Part shown: positions 63,638 to 64,000 of the stretch, one piece after another | Position numbering within the stretch: position 1 is the stretch's first letter | How the letters are laid out: each line of letters opens with the position of its first letter | Position numbers and translations under genes: made by a program | Notes under the pieces: generated by a model | Databases searched by the model: none | Told to the model about the DNA's origin: nothing | The model's input: the letters and a program-made list of their open reading frames with translations, nothing else | DNA from: Vicinamibacterales bacterium | GTDB taxonomy: Bacteria > Acidobacteriota > Vicinamibacteria > Vicinamibacterales > UBA8438 | Length of the DNA: 64,000 nucleotides | Assembly: GCA_965262985.1 (NCBI GenBank) | Contig: OZ253576.1 | Span: forward strand, 132,480 to 196,479 | Reading direction: 5' to 3'

Positions 63638-64000
63638 GTGTCTACAACGATGTCCGGTTCGATGGTCGAGTTCCCCGTGAACGGCAAAACGGGCAGCGGG
63701 TATCTTTCGGTCCCGGCGTCCGGCGGCGGCCCGGGGGTCATCGTGTTGCAGGAATGGTGGGGACTGGTCGACCACATCAAGACGGTGGCCGATCGCTTCG
63801 CCGCCGAGGGGTTCGTGGCGCTGGCGCCCGACATGTACCACGGCGAGAGCACGTCAAGCCCGGATGACGCGGGCAAGCTGATGATGGCGCTCGACATCGC
63901 ACGGGTCGAGCAGGACCTGCGCGGCGCCATCGGCTATCTGCTGTCGCGGGACGAGGTGACCAGCGACCGCGTCGGGACGGTCGGCTTCTGCATGGGCGGC
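63638..64000 (+). CDS. Dienelactone hydrolase family protein (3' end outside the window)
   Basis: aaaggagag lies 9 nt before GTG 63638. GPGVIVLQEWWGL, FVALAPDMYHG and GTVGFCMGG are DLH patterns. The frame is open to the window end and is absent from the ORF track for that reason. Confidence 0.85.
   Translation, partial: MSTTMSGSMVEFPVNGKTGSGYLSVPASGGGPGVIVLQEWWGLVDHIKTVADRFAAEGFVALAPDMYHGESTSSPDDAGKLMMALDIARVEQDLRGAIGYLLSRDEVTSDRVGTVGFCMGG

Overview
This is a visibly high-GC bacterial chromosomal window (G+C not computed). All calls rest on reading the sequence and the ORF track; I ran no database search. I support about 50 protein-coding genes and found no rRNA, tRNA or CRISPR. Many long ORFs in the track are antisense shadow ORFs of the real genes.

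Gene content:
- Three paralogous PQQ-type beta-propeller dehydrogenases plus a PQQ-like propeller.
- Three beta-lactamase-fold serine hydrolases.
- A beta-oxidation-like cluster at 12.4-25.6 kb that includes an APH-type kinase and an ACAD10/11-like dehydrogenase.
- dTDP-sugar and glycosyltransferase genes.
- BCCT, MFS and SSF transporters.
- A PadR regulator with an ADOP-type duplicated FtsX permease. This pairing suggests an Acidobacteriota-like soil organism, which is inference only.

Main results of the hunt:
1. Three genes are split in the ORF track by an in-frame TGA that is followed by a stable hairpin. I read them as selenoproteins. Two are paralogous 183-aa proteins with a U-G-S-C-T-S-C motif. 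Their UGA/hairpin region is identical at 36 of 37 nt although the proteins are only about one third identical. Each lies just downstream of a paralogous uncharacterised ~370-aa domain protein, and one of those is fused to a thioredoxin-fold CxxC domain. This conserved pair is my best candidate for an undescribed redox system. The third is a DUF3179-like protein whose CxxC is UxxC.
2. A RAYT (REP-associated tyrosine transposase) gene is flanked by large arrays of GTAG-hairpin REPs. The REPs have three compensatory stem variants and unusual 17-20 bp stutter repeats. Further REP arrays lie elsewhere in the window.
3. A second, unclassified ~160-bp palindromic, mostly TA-flanked MITE-like element occurs in at least 6 full and 4 partial copies. 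One copy sits in frame inside the signal peptide of a PQQ dehydrogenase, one carries nested REPs, and two inverted arms bracket an acyl-CoA ligase gene.

Smaller oddities are also reported: a BCCT gene with no usable start codon, a kinase gene running 115 codons past its expected end, a 38-bp x4 tandem repeat in a divergent promoter region, a shared 15-nt TATAAT motif, and a permease gene remnant.
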